This document shows positions 38,648-50,435 of a DNA stretch of 64,000 nucleotides, one piece after another. Position numbers and translations under genes: made by a program. Every line of letters starts with the position of its first letter. The stretch's first letter is position 1. Origin of the DNA: Bacillota bacterium. Its GTDB lineage: Bacteria > Pseudomonadota > Gammaproteobacteria > Natronospirales > REEB76. The notes beneath the pieces were generated by a model, which was not told the DNA's origin, did not search any database, and saw only the letters and a list, made by a program, of their open reading frames with translations. Location of the stretch: assembly GCA_050261675.1 (NCBI GenBank), contig JBLNDO010000023.1, positions 4,908 through 68,907 on the forward strand. Direction: 5' to 3'.

Positions 38648-39013
38648 ATGCGCTACTCCCTCACCGCCTCCGCTCTGCTCCTGTTTCTCGCCGCCTGCGC
38701 CCACAGCCCCGCCACCGGGATTGGGGCGCCCATGCATGCCGAAAACGGCGTGCAGGTGGGGTGGCACCTGGACGCCACCCCTGAAGGCGACGCTGTGATC
38801 ACCGTGCAGAGCAACGGCAGCGCCGACTTTGGCGACCTTGTGAAGGTGGCGGAAAACCAAGCCGATGCCCACTGCAAAGAAGGCTACCGGGTACTCAGCC
38901 TCAGCGGCAGCGACGAGCCCCAGGTGGACAGCCTCAACCCGCGCTTCGTACTCGACAATGTAGTGCGCATGAAAGTGCGCTGCTACGAGAAGGAAAGCAG
39001 CAGCAGCAATTGA
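38648..39013 (+). CDS. Hypothetical lipoprotein
   Basis: Lipobox LLFLAACA. 121 aa. Starts 1 nt after the purB stop. Confidence 0.5.
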   Translation: MRYSLTASALLLFLAACAHSPATGIGAPMHAENGVQVGWHLDATPEGDAVITVQSNGSADFGDLVKVAENQADAHCKEGYRVLSLSGSDEPQVDSLNPRFVLDNVVRMKVRCYEKESSSSN

Positions 39014-40185
39014 GCGCACCCGTGCCCGATTCGGCGCTCCTCGGCGGGCTCACGCCGCGTGTCTTCCTTGAGCGGTATTGGCAGAAAAGGCCGCTGCTGA
39101 TCCGAGAGGCCTTCCCCCGTTTCATCCCGCCCTTGTCCGCCGATGAGCTTGCCGGACTCGCCTGCGAGCCGGGAGTCGAATCGAGGCTCGTGATCCAGAC
39201 ACGCAAGGCGCCGGGCTGGAAACTGCGCCAGGGTCCGTTTAGGCACCAGGACTTTCGCAAATTGCCGCGGTCGCGCTGGACTTTGCTCGTCCAGGACGTG
39301 GATAAGCACGTCCCCGCCGCCGCTGCGCTGCTCGAGGCTTTCCGTTTCATCCCCTCGTGGCGCATCGACGACCTAATGGTCAGCTACGCCGCGGACAGCG
39401 GTTCGGTGGGGCCGCACGTGGATGCTTACGACGTCTTCCTCCTGCAGGCGGAAGGCATGCGCCGATGGAAAATCAACACGGAGCCCCAAGAAGAGCTGCG
39501 GCTGCCGGGACTCGAACTCAAGCAGGTCAAACCGTTCGCACCGCAGGAAAGTTGGCTGCTGATGCCGGGCGATATGCTCTATCTCCCGCCCGGTGTGGCA
39601 CACCACGGCGTGGCCTTCGGCGAAGGCATGACCTATTCCGTCGGTTTCCGCGCGCCATCCCAGGCGGAGATGCTCGCGGATTTCGCAGCTATACTGCGAG
39701 AAGGCGCAATAGATGGGCTGCGCTACGGCGACCCCGATCTGCTCCCTACAAAGCACCCCGGAGAGATTCCGGCACAGGCACGGGCCCGCGCACGGCAGCT
39801 GCTGCGCAGGGCCTTGCGCCCCGGCGACGAAACCCTGGATATCTGGTTCGGACGCTACGTCACCGAACCCAAGCCCTGGCTCAGACTCGAATCCCGCCGG
39901 AGGCGCATGAGCCGGGCTGAGCTGAAAAGCAGGCTCAATGGCGGCAGACACCTGGCCTGGCATCCGGCGGTGCGGACCGCCTGGTTCGCCGCCCGCCGGA
40001 CCTGCCATCTTTTCGTGGACGGGGCACACCATCGCCTGCAGGGGCACAATGCGGGCTACGGCCAACTGCTTGGCGACCGGCGCCGCTTCGCGTCCAAAGA
40101 CCTGCTTCGGGCCGCCGATATCCCGGAACTTGCGGCGTTGCTCCTGGAATGGCTGGACTCCGGGCAAATGCGGTGGGAGGCTTGA
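39010..40185 (+). CDS. Cupin/JmjC-domain oxygenase, ribosomal protein hydroxylase RoxA (YcfD)-like
   Basis: FLERYWQKRPLLIR N-terminus and Fe(II) triad candidates GPHVDAYD...HHG. TTG start at 39010 or GTG at 39022. Confidence 0.65.
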   Translation: MSAPVPDSALLGGLTPRVFLERYWQKRPLLIREAFPRFIPPLSADELAGLACEPGVESRLVIQTRKAPGWKLRQGPFRHQDFRKLPRSRWTLLVQDVDKHVPAAAALLEAFRFIPSWRIDDLMVSYAADSGSVGPHVDAYDVFLLQAEGMRRWKINTEPQEELRLPGLELKQVKPFAPQESWLLMPGDMLYLPPGVAHHGVAFGEGMTYSVGFRAPSQAEMLADFAAILREGAIDGLRYGDPDLLPTKHPGEIPAQARARARQLLRRALRPGDETLDIWFGRYVTEPKPWLRLESRRRRMSRAELKSRLNGGRHLAWHPAVRTAWFAARRTCHLFVDGAHHRLQGHNAGYGQLLGDRRRFASKDLLRAADIPELAALLLEWLDSGQMRWEA

Positions 40186-40219
40186 GGCTGTCCCGACGGA
40201 GGGAAGCGGAGCATTTTCA

Positions 40220-40714
40220 ATGGAAACCAACGAGAGCAGTACATTCCGGCGTGTCGCAAACCTTCGGGACAACCGTGAGGCGGCCGCGGCGGTGGCGGCG
40301 GCGGCGAAACGCGAACTCGTGCTGTTCACGCGCGACCTGGACCCGCTGATCTACGACGAAGAGCCGTTCATCAAGTCGGTGCAGGTCCTCGTCACCCGCT
40401 CGCGCATGAGCCGCATCCGGGTCGTAAGCATCGACCCCGGTCCGGCGATACGCAACGGCCACCGGCTCATCGAGCTGGCGCAACGCTTCAGCTCCTACAT
40501 CGAGATACGGCGCGCCAGCCGCGAGCATGGCGACCTGCCGGAAACCTTCCTGGTGGCGGATGACACGGCGCTGCTCTACCGCCCCGTGGCGACCCAATAC
40601 GAAGGCTATGTCGACCTGCACGCCCCGGCGGCGGCGCGCCAATGCCTCAAGACCTTCGCCGGCGTCTGGGAGGACGCGGAGCCCGATCCCGAGTTCCGCC
40701 GGCTGGGGATATAG
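40220..40714 (+). CDS. Conserved hypothetical protein (164 aa)
   Basis: GGAGGGAAGCGGAG purine-rich tract upstream. No motif I recognise. Ends 2 nt before the nudJ-like gene. Confidence 0.5.
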   Translation: METNESSTFRRVANLRDNREAAAAVAAAAKRELVLFTRDLDPLIYDEEPFIKSVQVLVTRSRMSRIRVVSIDPGPAIRNGHRLIELAQRFSSYIEIRRASREHGDLPETFLVADDTALLYRPVATQYEGYVDLHAPAAARQCLKTFAGVWEDAEPDPEFRRLGI

Positions 40715-40716
40715 GC

Positions 40717-41190
40717 ATGGTGTGGAAACCACATGTGACGGTGGCGGCCATCTCCGAACGGGACGGCCGGTTCCTGGTGGTGGAGGAAGAGGTCCGCGGC
40801 CGACGCGTGCTCAACAATCCGGCCGGCCACCTGGAGCCCGGCGAAAGTTTCCTGGATGCCGTAAGGCGCGAGACACTGGAGGAAACCGGTTGGGATTTCA
40901 CGCCCGATTCGGTCACGGGGATCTATCTGTGGAAGAATCCGGAGCTGGACGCCGCCTTCGTGCGCGTGGCCTTTTACGGACATTGCTCCCGGCATCATCC
41001 GGACCGCAAACTGGACAAAGGCATCGTCGCGCCCCATTGGCTCACACGCCATGAACTGGCTGCGGGTCGTTACGAACTTCGCAGCCCCATGGTGCTCCGC
41101 TGCATAGACGACTGCCTCACGGGGCGGCGTTATCCCCTGGATTTGCTGAGTCACGTGACCGACCTGGACTCGGTGCTCCAGGAAGCCTGA
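40717..41190 (+). CDS. NUDIX hydrolase (NudJ-like)
   Basis: Nudix box GHLEPGESFLDAVRRETLEETG. Lies directly upstream of mnmA, as nudJ does in E. coli. Confidence 0.75.
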   Translation: MVWKPHVTVAAISERDGRFLVVEEEVRGRRVLNNPAGHLEPGESFLDAVRRETLEETGWDFTPDSVTGIYLWKNPELDAAFVRVAFYGHCSRHHPDRKLDKGIVAPHWLTRHELAAGRYELRSPMVLRCIDDCLTGRRYPLDLLSHVTDLDSVLQEA

Positions 41191-41222
41191 TACCGTCCCG
41201 CCCGCGGCGGTAAAATGTTCCC

Positions 41223-42356
41223 ATGGCCATTTCTCCCGCCACCCGCGTAATCGTCGGCTTGTCCGGCGGCGTGGATTCCGCCGTCGCCGCGCTGCTGCTC
41301 AAGCAGCAGGGTTATGCTGTGGAAGGCCTGTTCATGGACAACTGGGAGGACGGCGAGGACGGGACCTATTGCACCGCCGCCCAGGATTACCAGGATGCGC
41401 GCCAGGTCTGCGACACCCTCGGGGTGCCTCTGCACAAGATGAACTTCGCCGCGGAGTACCGCGAGCGGGTGTTCAAGCACTTCCTGGACGGCTACGCCCG
41501 TGGGTATACGCCGAATCCCGACGTGCTCTGCAACAGCGAGATCAAGTTCAAGGCGTTCCTGGATCACGCGCTCCGGCTCGGGGCCGCGCACATCGCCACC
41601 GGGCACTATGCGCGCCTCGAGGCTGCTGCAGATACCGTGAAGCTCCTCAAGGCAAAAGACACGGGCAAGGACCAGAGCTATTTCCTGCATGCCGTACCCC
41701 AGGCGGCACTGAAACGGGCGCTCTTCCCCCTGGGTGAATTGCTCAAACACGATGTGCGCAAGCTCGCCCGCGAGGCGGGCTTCGCCAATCACGCCAAAAA
41801 GGACAGTACGGGCATCTGCTTCGTGGGCGAGCGCCGTTTCCGCGAATTCCTCGGCAAATATCTGCCGGCACAGCCGGGCGAGATCGAAAGCGCCGAGGGG
41901 CGGCCGCTCGGGCGCCACAACGGACTCATGTATTACACGCTGGGCCAGCGGCAGGGCATCGGGATCGGTGGGCGCCGCGATGCGGAAGCCGCGCCCTGGT
42001 ACGTGGCGGGAAAAGACATGGCGCGCAACGTGCTGACGGTCGTTCAGGGGCACGACCACCCGCGGTTGTTGAGCGCCGCCTTGTACGCCGACGATGTGCA
42101 TTGGGTCTCAGGCCGTGCACCGAACCTCCCCTTCCGCTGCATGGCCAAGACCCGCTATCGCCAGGCGGATCAGCCCTGCGCGGTATCGTCGGGCGGCGAC
42201 AATCGCTGCCGGGTGGATTTCGACCGGCCTCAGAGGGCCGTCACCCCCGGCCAGTACGCAGTGCTCTACACAGGCGAGGAATGCCTGGGCGGCGGCGTCA
42301 TCGCGGCCGAGCAGCCGACTACGGCGGTCTCCCCGGCCTTGAGGAGCACCGCCTGA
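41223..42356 (+). CDS. mnmA: tRNA-specific 2-thiouridylase
   Basis: PP-loop [27 protein letters not shown]. Confidence 0.92.
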   Translation: MAISPATRVIVGLSGGVDSAVAALLLKQQGYAVEGLFMDNWEDGEDGTYCTAAQDYQDARQVCDTLGVPLHKMNFAAEYRERVFKHFLDGYARGYTPNPDVLCNSEIKFKAFLDHALRLGAAHIATGHYARLEAAADTVKLLKAKDTGKDQSYFLHAVPQAALKRALFPLGELLKHDVRKLAREAGFANHAKKDSTGICFVGERRFREFLGKYLPAQPGEIESAEGRPLGRHNGLMYYTLGQRQGIGIGGRRDAEAAPWYVAGKDMARNVLTVVQGHDHPRLLSAALYADDVHWVSGRAPNLPFRCMAKTRYRQADQPCAVSSGGDNRCRVDFDRPQRAVTPGQYAVLYTGEECLGGGVIAAEQPTTAVSPALRSTA

Positions 42357-42988
42357 TGCGTCCCCTGCAGGATCGGGTGCTGGCCCTGGCCGGCGTGGTG
42401 CAGGCGGCGGCTCTGGTGAGCGATGCCGCCACCGGTGCCCCGGCAGACGAAACCTCCCTACGGGCGACCCTGGCCAGCATCCTCATGACCGAAACCCGCG
42501 ATGTGCCCGAGGTATACGGCGGTCTCGCCGGCGTCAGCCTCGGCCTCAAGAAACTGGCGGAACTCCTGGGACCGAACCGCAGCCCCGATGACGTTTCCAT
42601 CCTGCGGTATTCCCTGAGCCTGATGCAGCTGCAGAGCAAGGTGATGGGCAGCGGCCGCTTGCGCAAGATTCTCGAGGAGAGCATCACCCGCGGCCGGGCG
42701 CAGGTGCGCCATTTCGGGCTCACCCACGGCAACGTTCTCGCCAATCTTGCGGATGGCTATGCCCGCACCGCCGGCAGTTTCGAGCCGCGTATCCTGGTCA
42801 CGGGCGACGCCCACAAGCTTAGGAACCCCCTGACGATCAATTTGGTGCGCAGCCTGCTACTGGGCGGCCTGCGCTCCGCCGTGTTGTGGCGCCAATGCGG
42901 CGGATCGCGGTGGATGCTGTTGTTCATGCGCGCCAGCCTGTTGAAGGAGACGCAAAGGCTGTTGAAAGAGTCCGGCCGTTACGCCTGA
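42356..42988 (+). CDS. hflD: High-frequency-of-lysogenization protein HflD homologue
   Basis: Colinear with E. coli HflD ([10 protein letters not shown]..., [24 protein letters not shown]). Conserved mnmA-hflD order. Confidence 0.8.
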   Translation: MRPLQDRVLALAGVVQAAALVSDAATGAPADETSLRATLASILMTETRDVPEVYGGLAGVSLGLKKLAELLGPNRSPDDVSILRYSLSLMQLQSKVMGSGRLRKILEESITRGRAQVRHFGLTHGNVLANLADGYARTAGSFEPRILVTGDAHKLRNPLTINLVRSLLLGGLRSAVLWRQCGGSRWMLLFMRASLLKETQRLLKESGRYA

Positions 42989-43079
42989 CCTGCGCACCGC
43001 GCGCCGCTACCTTATAATAGCGGGCCTGATTCGCCCGGCATCCGAACGTCGGGCCATCCCCATCCCTTCCGGAGGCGTC

Positions 43080-45719
<2,640 letters not shown>

Positions 45720-45737
45720 GACGGACATCGATCCAAC

Positions 45738-45769
45738 AAAAAGCCCCGCAGAAGCGGGGCTTTTTGTTT
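45738..45769. terminator. Bidirectional intrinsic terminator
   Basis: AAAAAGCCCCGC-agaa-GCGGGGCTTTTTGTTT between convergent acnA and an OMP gene. Confidence 0.85.
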
Positions 45770-45785
45770 ATTGCAGTGCAGCCGC

Positions 45786-46367
45786 TCAGAATGAATAGCT
45801 CAAACCGACGCGAGTTTCTTCGGTGGTGAATGTGGAACGCTCATAAGTGATGTCCAGGTTCAGGCCGTAATCGAAGTGACGCACCACGCCCACGCCGTAG
45901 ATGAGCTCGGTTCCCGTGGTGTGGGCGAACAGCATGGAACCCGGCGAACCCACGCGCCAATCGAGCGCACCCACGCGCAGTTCGCCGTCAAGGTGATCCG
46001 CGACTTCATAACGGCCCAGCACCTCAGCGCTCAGGCCCGTGACCTGCGGGCAGGAAAAGCTCGCCGGGCAGCGCGTCGGCAGGCTGCCTCTCTGTTCGTA
46101 CGTAGTCGGTTTGCCGTAATCATGGTATGCAAGCTCCACACCCAGATATTCGTTCAAGTCATACCCGAAGAACAGGGTTTCCGCCGTGCCTGTGCCGTTG
46201 ATGACGCCGGCATTCGCGGGGGTGAGCGACAGGCTGCCGTAGTCCACGGAGACATGCCCCACATCCAGGCCAACGTGGAATGGCCCCGTGGGTGCATCGT
46301 CGGCGTGCACTGGTGCGGATAAGGCCAGCAGCGCCGGCAGGACGAAGCGTGAGAACGGTTTCTGCAT
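45786..46367 (-). CDS. Small outer-membrane beta-barrel protein (OmpA-barrel/OmpX-like size)
   Basis: Signal peptide MQKPFSRFVLPALLALSAPVHA, alternating strands, C-terminal ...VGLSYSF. Confidence 0.6.
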   Translation of the reverse strand: MQKPFSRFVLPALLALSAPVHADDAPTGPFHVGLDVGHVSVDYGSLSLTPANAGVINGTGTAETLFFGYDLNEYLGVELAYHDYGKPTTYEQRGSLPTRCPASFSCPQVTGLSAEVLGRYEVADHLDGELRVGALDWRVGSPGSMLFAHTTGTELIYGVGVVRHFDYGLNLDITYERSTFTTEETRVGLSYSF

Positions 46368-46440
46368 GGGGAGGCCCTGGCGTTGCGCTTGGATTTGGAA
46401 TACGGTGGATTGTGGTGTCCGGGAGCGATTCGAGGCGCGC

Positions 46441-47094
46441 ATGGATTTTATCAATGTGCATCCTGAAAAGACATCATGGCGGCGCGGCCGGCGTATGCTC
46501 GCCGCCCTGCTGTGCCTGCTTCCGGCGCTGAACACCTATGCCGCCGGCGGTCCTCTCGGCATCGACCATCGCCTTTCCTACGACAATTCCGGAATCTGGA
46601 AGCGCAACGACCAGCTGTTCCTGGAACGGGCCGTGATCCTCACGGAATTGGGCGGCGCGCTATGGCTCGGCGGCGAGGACCGCCTGGGCAGGACCTATTG
46701 GCAGTCCCTGGACGCCTCGATCTTCTCGGCGCTCAGCGTGGAACTCATGAAGCACGCTTTCGGACGCGAGCGCCCGTCCCAGACCAGTGATCCCAACCAG
46801 TGGTTCAAGGGAGGCGAAAGCTTCCCGAGCGGCGAAGTGGCCCTGCAGGCGAGTTTCGTGACGCCCTTCATCGCCGAATACGGAAACGATCATCCTTGGG
46901 TATGGGGGCTGGAGGCGCTGCCCGCCTACGACTCGGTGGCGCGCATGAAGACCTGGGGTCACTGGCAGACCGACGTGCTGGCGGCGTGGGCCCTGGGCAC
47001 GGGCCTCGGCATCTACGCCCACGGAAGGGAAACGCCCTTCTTCCTAGGCTACATGCCCCACGGAATCGTAGTGGGACTGCGAACGACTTTCTAG
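46441..47094 (+). CDS. PAP2-superfamily phosphatase-like protein with non-canonical motifs
   Basis: C1 KHAFGRERP is present. C2 reads PSGE rather than PSGH. C3 reads ARMKTWGHWQTD rather than SRxxxxxHxxxD. Signal/TM segment at the N-terminus. Confidence 0.6.
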   Translation: MDFINVHPEKTSWRRGRRMLAALLCLLPALNTYAAGGPLGIDHRLSYDNSGIWKRNDQLFLERAVILTELGGALWLGGEDRLGRTYWQSLDASIFSALSVELMKHAFGRERPSQTSDPNQWFKGGESFPSGEVALQASFVTPFIAEYGNDHPWVWGLEALPAYDSVARMKTWGHWQTDVLAAWALGTGLGIYAHGRETPFFLGYMPHGIVVGLRTTF

Positions 47095-47097
47095 CGG

Positions 47098-47130
47098 AAA
47101 AAAATACCCCGCCGCAGCGGGGTATTTGTT
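47098..47130. terminator. Bidirectional intrinsic terminator
   Basis: AAAAAAATACCCCGC-cgca-GCGGGGTATTTGTT between convergent genes. Confidence 0.8.
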
Positions 47131-47152
47131 CCAGGTCAATCTTCAGCAGGGC

Positions 47153-47584
47153 TTACTTCTGATCCTCGGTCTTCCAGACCACCGGCGCCCATTTGCCGGA
47201 GGCGTCGAACTTGGCGCCGATGTAATAGGCCTTGCCGGCGGCGACGCTGACCTTGATATCGTGGGCGTCCAGACCGTATCCCGCCTTGCGCTGCATGCCG
47301 GGAATGTCGGACAAGTTGACCGTGTGGCTGACCTTCACGCTAAAGGTATAGTCACCCGGCTTTATCCAGAGCACCCCCTGATCCGAACGGTTGGTGAGTT
47401 TGCCGTCCACCGTCCAAATCTCCACCGGATAGGTCTGCTTGGCGCGCTGGTCCACGTTCAGCACCAGCGTGCCGTGGGGGTCCGAACTGGAGCTGAGAAA
47501 TGGCGAATCGGCGAGGGCCGCCACGCTCGCTACCGCGAGCAGAGCGGCTGCCATCACCGCGAATTTACCTTTGAGAGTCTTCAT
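47153..47584 (-). CDS. Secreted hypothetical protein
   Basis: Strong AGGAGG SD 5 nt before the ATG. Signal peptide MKTLKGKFAVMAAALLAVASVAALA. 143 aa. Confidence 0.55.
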   Translation of the reverse strand: MKTLKGKFAVMAAALLAVASVAALADSPFLSSSSDPHGTLVLNVDQRAKQTYPVEIWTVDGKLTNRSDQGVLWIKPGDYTFSVKVSHTVNLSDIPGMQRKAGYGLDAHDIKVSVAAGKAYYIGAKFDASGKWAPVVWKTEDQK

Positions 47585-47775
47585 GGCGACCTCCTGATCC
47601 TCAATTGTTGTGTTTGCCAATCATCTGAACCGTCTGCGGTTTCGCGATATTCCTCTGAGTCCAACCTTAGTCGATGAACGCCCACATACGATGGCGTTAA
47701 GGAAAATTTCAGATATTTATCATGCTGTGACGCTACGTCCACCCCGGCGGGAAAACTCGCCGTAAACGGACGCCG

Positions 47776-48645
47776 TCACTCCGTTCCTGGATTCGCTCCG
47801 CCGCGCGCGACCGGGCGCGCGGGATCGCGTATCCATTCGCTCCAGGAGCCTGCGTAGAGCCGGGCACCCCGGAGCCCGGCCACCTCCATGGTAAGCAGGT
47901 GGTGGCAGGCAGTGACGCCGGATCCGCACATGCACACCGCCTGGTCGAGTCGTACGCCGTTCAAGACATGCTCGAAACGGCGTCGCAAGGCTTCCGGTTC
48001 CTTGAAACGTCCATCCCCTGCAACGCTTTCGGCATAGGGAAGGTTGACAGCGCCGGGCACATGGCCCGCCACGGGATCGATGGGCTCCTGCTCGCCCAGG
48101 AACCGGGGGGCGGCCCGGGCATCCAGAATGAGGCCGCGTTTGCGCCCGCGGACCATCTCCAGCACGCCGGCGGTATCGAGCCAGGCGCCGTCGTCGGCAG
48201 CCGTGAACGGGAAATGGCGCGGTGCGGGCCTCGCGTGCTCCGCGCTCACCGGACGCCCTTCCCGTTGCCATTGTTGCCAGCCGCCGTTCAGCACGGCGGC
48301 GCGCTTGTGTCCCAGCCATCGGGCCAGCCACCAGAGCCGTGCGGCGAATGCGCCACCCGCATCGTCATAGGCAACGATCTGCACGCCGCCGTCCACGCCC
48401 GCCTTCCCGAGAAGCTCGGCAAGCCGTTTCGGGTCCGGCAGCGGGTGACGGCCCGTGTCCGGCGTCACGGGGCCCGAAAGTTCGCGCTCCAGGTGTAAGT
48501 AACGCGCGCCAGGGATGTGGGCCGCCGCATAGGCGCGCGGCCCCGCCTCGGGATCGCTGAGCGCCGAACGGCAATCGAACACCGCCCATTCCGGGTCATC
48601 CAGGTGGGCGGAGAGTATCGCGGTCTCGACCAGCGTATCGTACAT
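47776..48645 (-). CDS. Tandem-rhodanese sulfurtransferase (thiosulfate/3-mercaptopyruvate sulfurtransferase, SseA-like)
   Basis: Two rhodanese domains. Active-site loop CGSGVTA. 289 aa. Confidence 0.8.
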   Translation of the reverse strand: MYDTLVETAILSAHLDDPEWAVFDCRSALSDPEAGPRAYAAAHIPGARYLHLERELSGPVTPDTGRHPLPDPKRLAELLGKAGVDGGVQIVAYDDAGGAFAARLWWLARWLGHKRAAVLNGGWQQWQREGRPVSAEHARPAPRHFPFTAADDGAWLDTAGVLEMVRGRKRGLILDARAAPRFLGEQEPIDPVAGHVPGAVNLPYAESVAGDGRFKEPEALRRRFEHVLNGVRLDQAVCMCGSGVTACHHLLTMEVAGLRGARLYAGSWSEWIRDPARPVARGGANPGTE

Positions 48646-48651
48646 ACGGCC

Positions 48652-48659
48652 AGTATAAT
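48652..48659. promoter_or_regulatory. Overlapping back-to-back -10 elements in a 20-bp divergent spacer
   Basis: AGTATAAT contains TATAAT on the + strand (48654-48659) and TATACT on the - strand (48657-48652). Each lies exactly 6 nt from the ATG of its gene. Confidence 0.45.
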
Positions 48660-48665
48660 CCCGGC

Positions 48666-49487
48666 ATGCGCAATCTTAAGGACAAGACCCTGTTCATCAC
48701 CGGCGCGAGCCGGGGCATCGGCGAAGCCATCGCGGTGCGTGCCGCCGCCGACGGGGCGAAGGTGGTGATCGCCGCCAAGACGACGCGACGCCATCCCAAA
48801 CTGCCCGGCACCATTCACACCGCGGCGGAGGCCGTGGAGAAGGCCGGCGGAAGGGCGCTGGCCCTCGCCATGGACGTACGTGAGGAGGAGTCGGTGGCGG
48901 AAGCCGTGCGCCAAGCCGTCGAGCACTTCGGCGGCATCGACATCCTGGTGAACAACGCCAGCGCCATCTGGCTCGCGGGCACGCTGGAAACGCCCATGAA
49001 GCGTTACGATCTCATGAACGAAGTGAACGTGCGCGGCACCTTCCTCTGTTCCCAGAAGGCCCTGCCCCACCTGATGAAGGCGGCGAATCCGCACATCCTG
49101 AACCTCGCGCCGCCCATCAACCTGAACCCGCGATGGTTCCGCGATCACACCGCCTACACGCTTTCCAAATACGGCATGAGCCTCTGCACGTTGGGGATGG
49201 CGGCGGAATTCGCGCCGCACGGCGTGGCAGTGAACGCGCTTTGGCCACGCACGGTGATCGCCACCGCCGCCATCAACATGCTGGGTGGGAGGGTGCAGCA
49301 GGAATACTGCCGGCTGCCGGCGATCGTGGCCGATGCCGCCCATGCGGTACTCATCCGCCCTTCCAGGGAATGCACCGGCAATTTCTTCATCGACGAAGAG
49401 GTGTTACGCGCCGAGGGGTTCGGCGATTTTTCCCGCTATTCCGTGGCACCGGACCGCCCGCTGGCTCCGGATTTGTTCCTGGATTAG
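48666..49487 (+). CDS. Short-chain dehydrogenase/reductase (SDR)
   Basis: TGASRGIG cofactor motif and catalytic YTLSK (YxxxK). Confidence 0.85.
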   Translation: MRNLKDKTLFITGASRGIGEAIAVRAAADGAKVVIAAKTTRRHPKLPGTIHTAAEAVEKAGGRALALAMDVREEESVAEAVRQAVEHFGGIDILVNNASAIWLAGTLETPMKRYDLMNEVNVRGTFLCSQKALPHLMKAANPHILNLAPPINLNPRWFRDHTAYTLSKYGMSLCTLGMAAEFAPHGVAVNALWPRTVIATAAINMLGGRVQQEYCRLPAIVADAAHAVLIRPSRECTGNFFIDEEVLRAEGFGDFSRYSVAPDRPLAPDLFLD

Positions 49488-49501
49488 GTTTCGGAGGCCT
49501 T

Positions 49502-49939
49502 ATGCCCTACAAGACCATATTGCTGGCCTACGACGGCACCGAGGAAGGACGCCGCGCCCTGCTGGAAGGGGCGGAAGTGGCCAAACGCTTCAAGGCGAAG
49601 ATCCATCTCCTGGCGGTGATCGCCGATGACACCGGCGCGGCCATCGCCCAGGGCATGGGCGGCGCACCGCAGGAGCGCACCGTGTTCTACAAGAACACAC
49701 TCGATGCCGGCGTGCGCTACTTCAAGAAACACGGCCTCGAAGCGGAGGGCCACGTGATGCACGGGGACCCGGTAGAGGAGATCGTCAAACTTGCAAATCA
49801 GGTCGCCGCCAATCTGGTGGTCGTCGGTCACCGCGAGCGGGGGCCACTGGGGCGCTGGCTGAGCACCCCCACCAGCATGTCGTTGCTGGAGAAGCTCGAC
49901 TGCAGCTTGCTGATCGGGCTTAGCGGGGACGGCAAATAA
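49502..49939 (+). CDS. Universal stress protein (UspA family)
   Basis: 145 aa. ILLAYDGTEEG...LVVVGHRERG typical of the Usp fold. Confidence 0.75.
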   Translation: MPYKTILLAYDGTEEGRRALLEGAEVAKRFKAKIHLLAVIADDTGAAIAQGMGGAPQERTVFYKNTLDAGVRYFKKHGLEAEGHVMHGDPVEEIVKLANQVAANLVVVGHRERGPLGRWLSTPTSMSLLEKLDCSLLIGLSGDGK

Positions 49940-49957
49940 CAGCCGCGGAGGCGCGTG

Positions 49958-50428
49958 CTATTTCACAGGCACCTTGCCGCCCGGAAAGAAAGTCTCCATC
50001 CATCCGACCTTCCAGCCTCCGCCCTCCTGGTACATCAGGACGGTGACCTGATTGCCGTTCGTGAAGGAAATCGAGACGCTCCCGTCAGCGTCCAGCTGCT
50101 TGCCGGCGGCGCTCATGGGCAGCCCCGCTATCACGGGAGACTGCGACGATTGCCTGAAACTTTCCCAGAATCCCGCCTGGATGCTTTCGTCGTTGGTGTC
50201 GAATAGCTTGCGCACGTCCTGCACCGACATCTTTTCGCTGTCGGCGACGTTCTGCACGACCAGATCCTGTGTATGGCGGGTGAACGCCGACCACGCCGCG
50301 GCGTAATTCTTGCTCGATACCGCGTTGAAGAAACCGCGCAAGGCATCGACTTCACCGGTGTCGGCAACGGCCGCGCCAGAAACGAGCAATGCGGCCAGCA
50401 GGATCAGGGAGCGGAGCGTGATTTTCAT
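49958..50428 (-). CDS. Small periplasmic hypothetical protein
   Basis: Signal peptide MKITLRSLILLAALLVSGAAVA. 156 aa. Starts 7 nt after the stop of the DUF45-type peptidase gene. Confidence 0.5.
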   Translation of the reverse strand: MKITLRSLILLAALLVSGAAVADTGEVDALRGFFNAVSSKNYAAAWSAFTRHTQDLVVQNVADSEKMSVQDVRKLFDTNDESIQAGFWESFRQSSQSPVIAGLPMSAAGKQLDADGSVSISFTNGNQVTVLMYQEGGGWKVGWMETFFPGGKVPVK

Positions 50429-50435
50429 GGCTACC

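Noticed and set aside
43013-43018. Consensus TATAAT upstream of acnA as a promoter.
   Set aside because: No acceptable -35 hexamer or TG extension at 16-18 nt, so it was not listed as a feature. It may still be functional with an activator.
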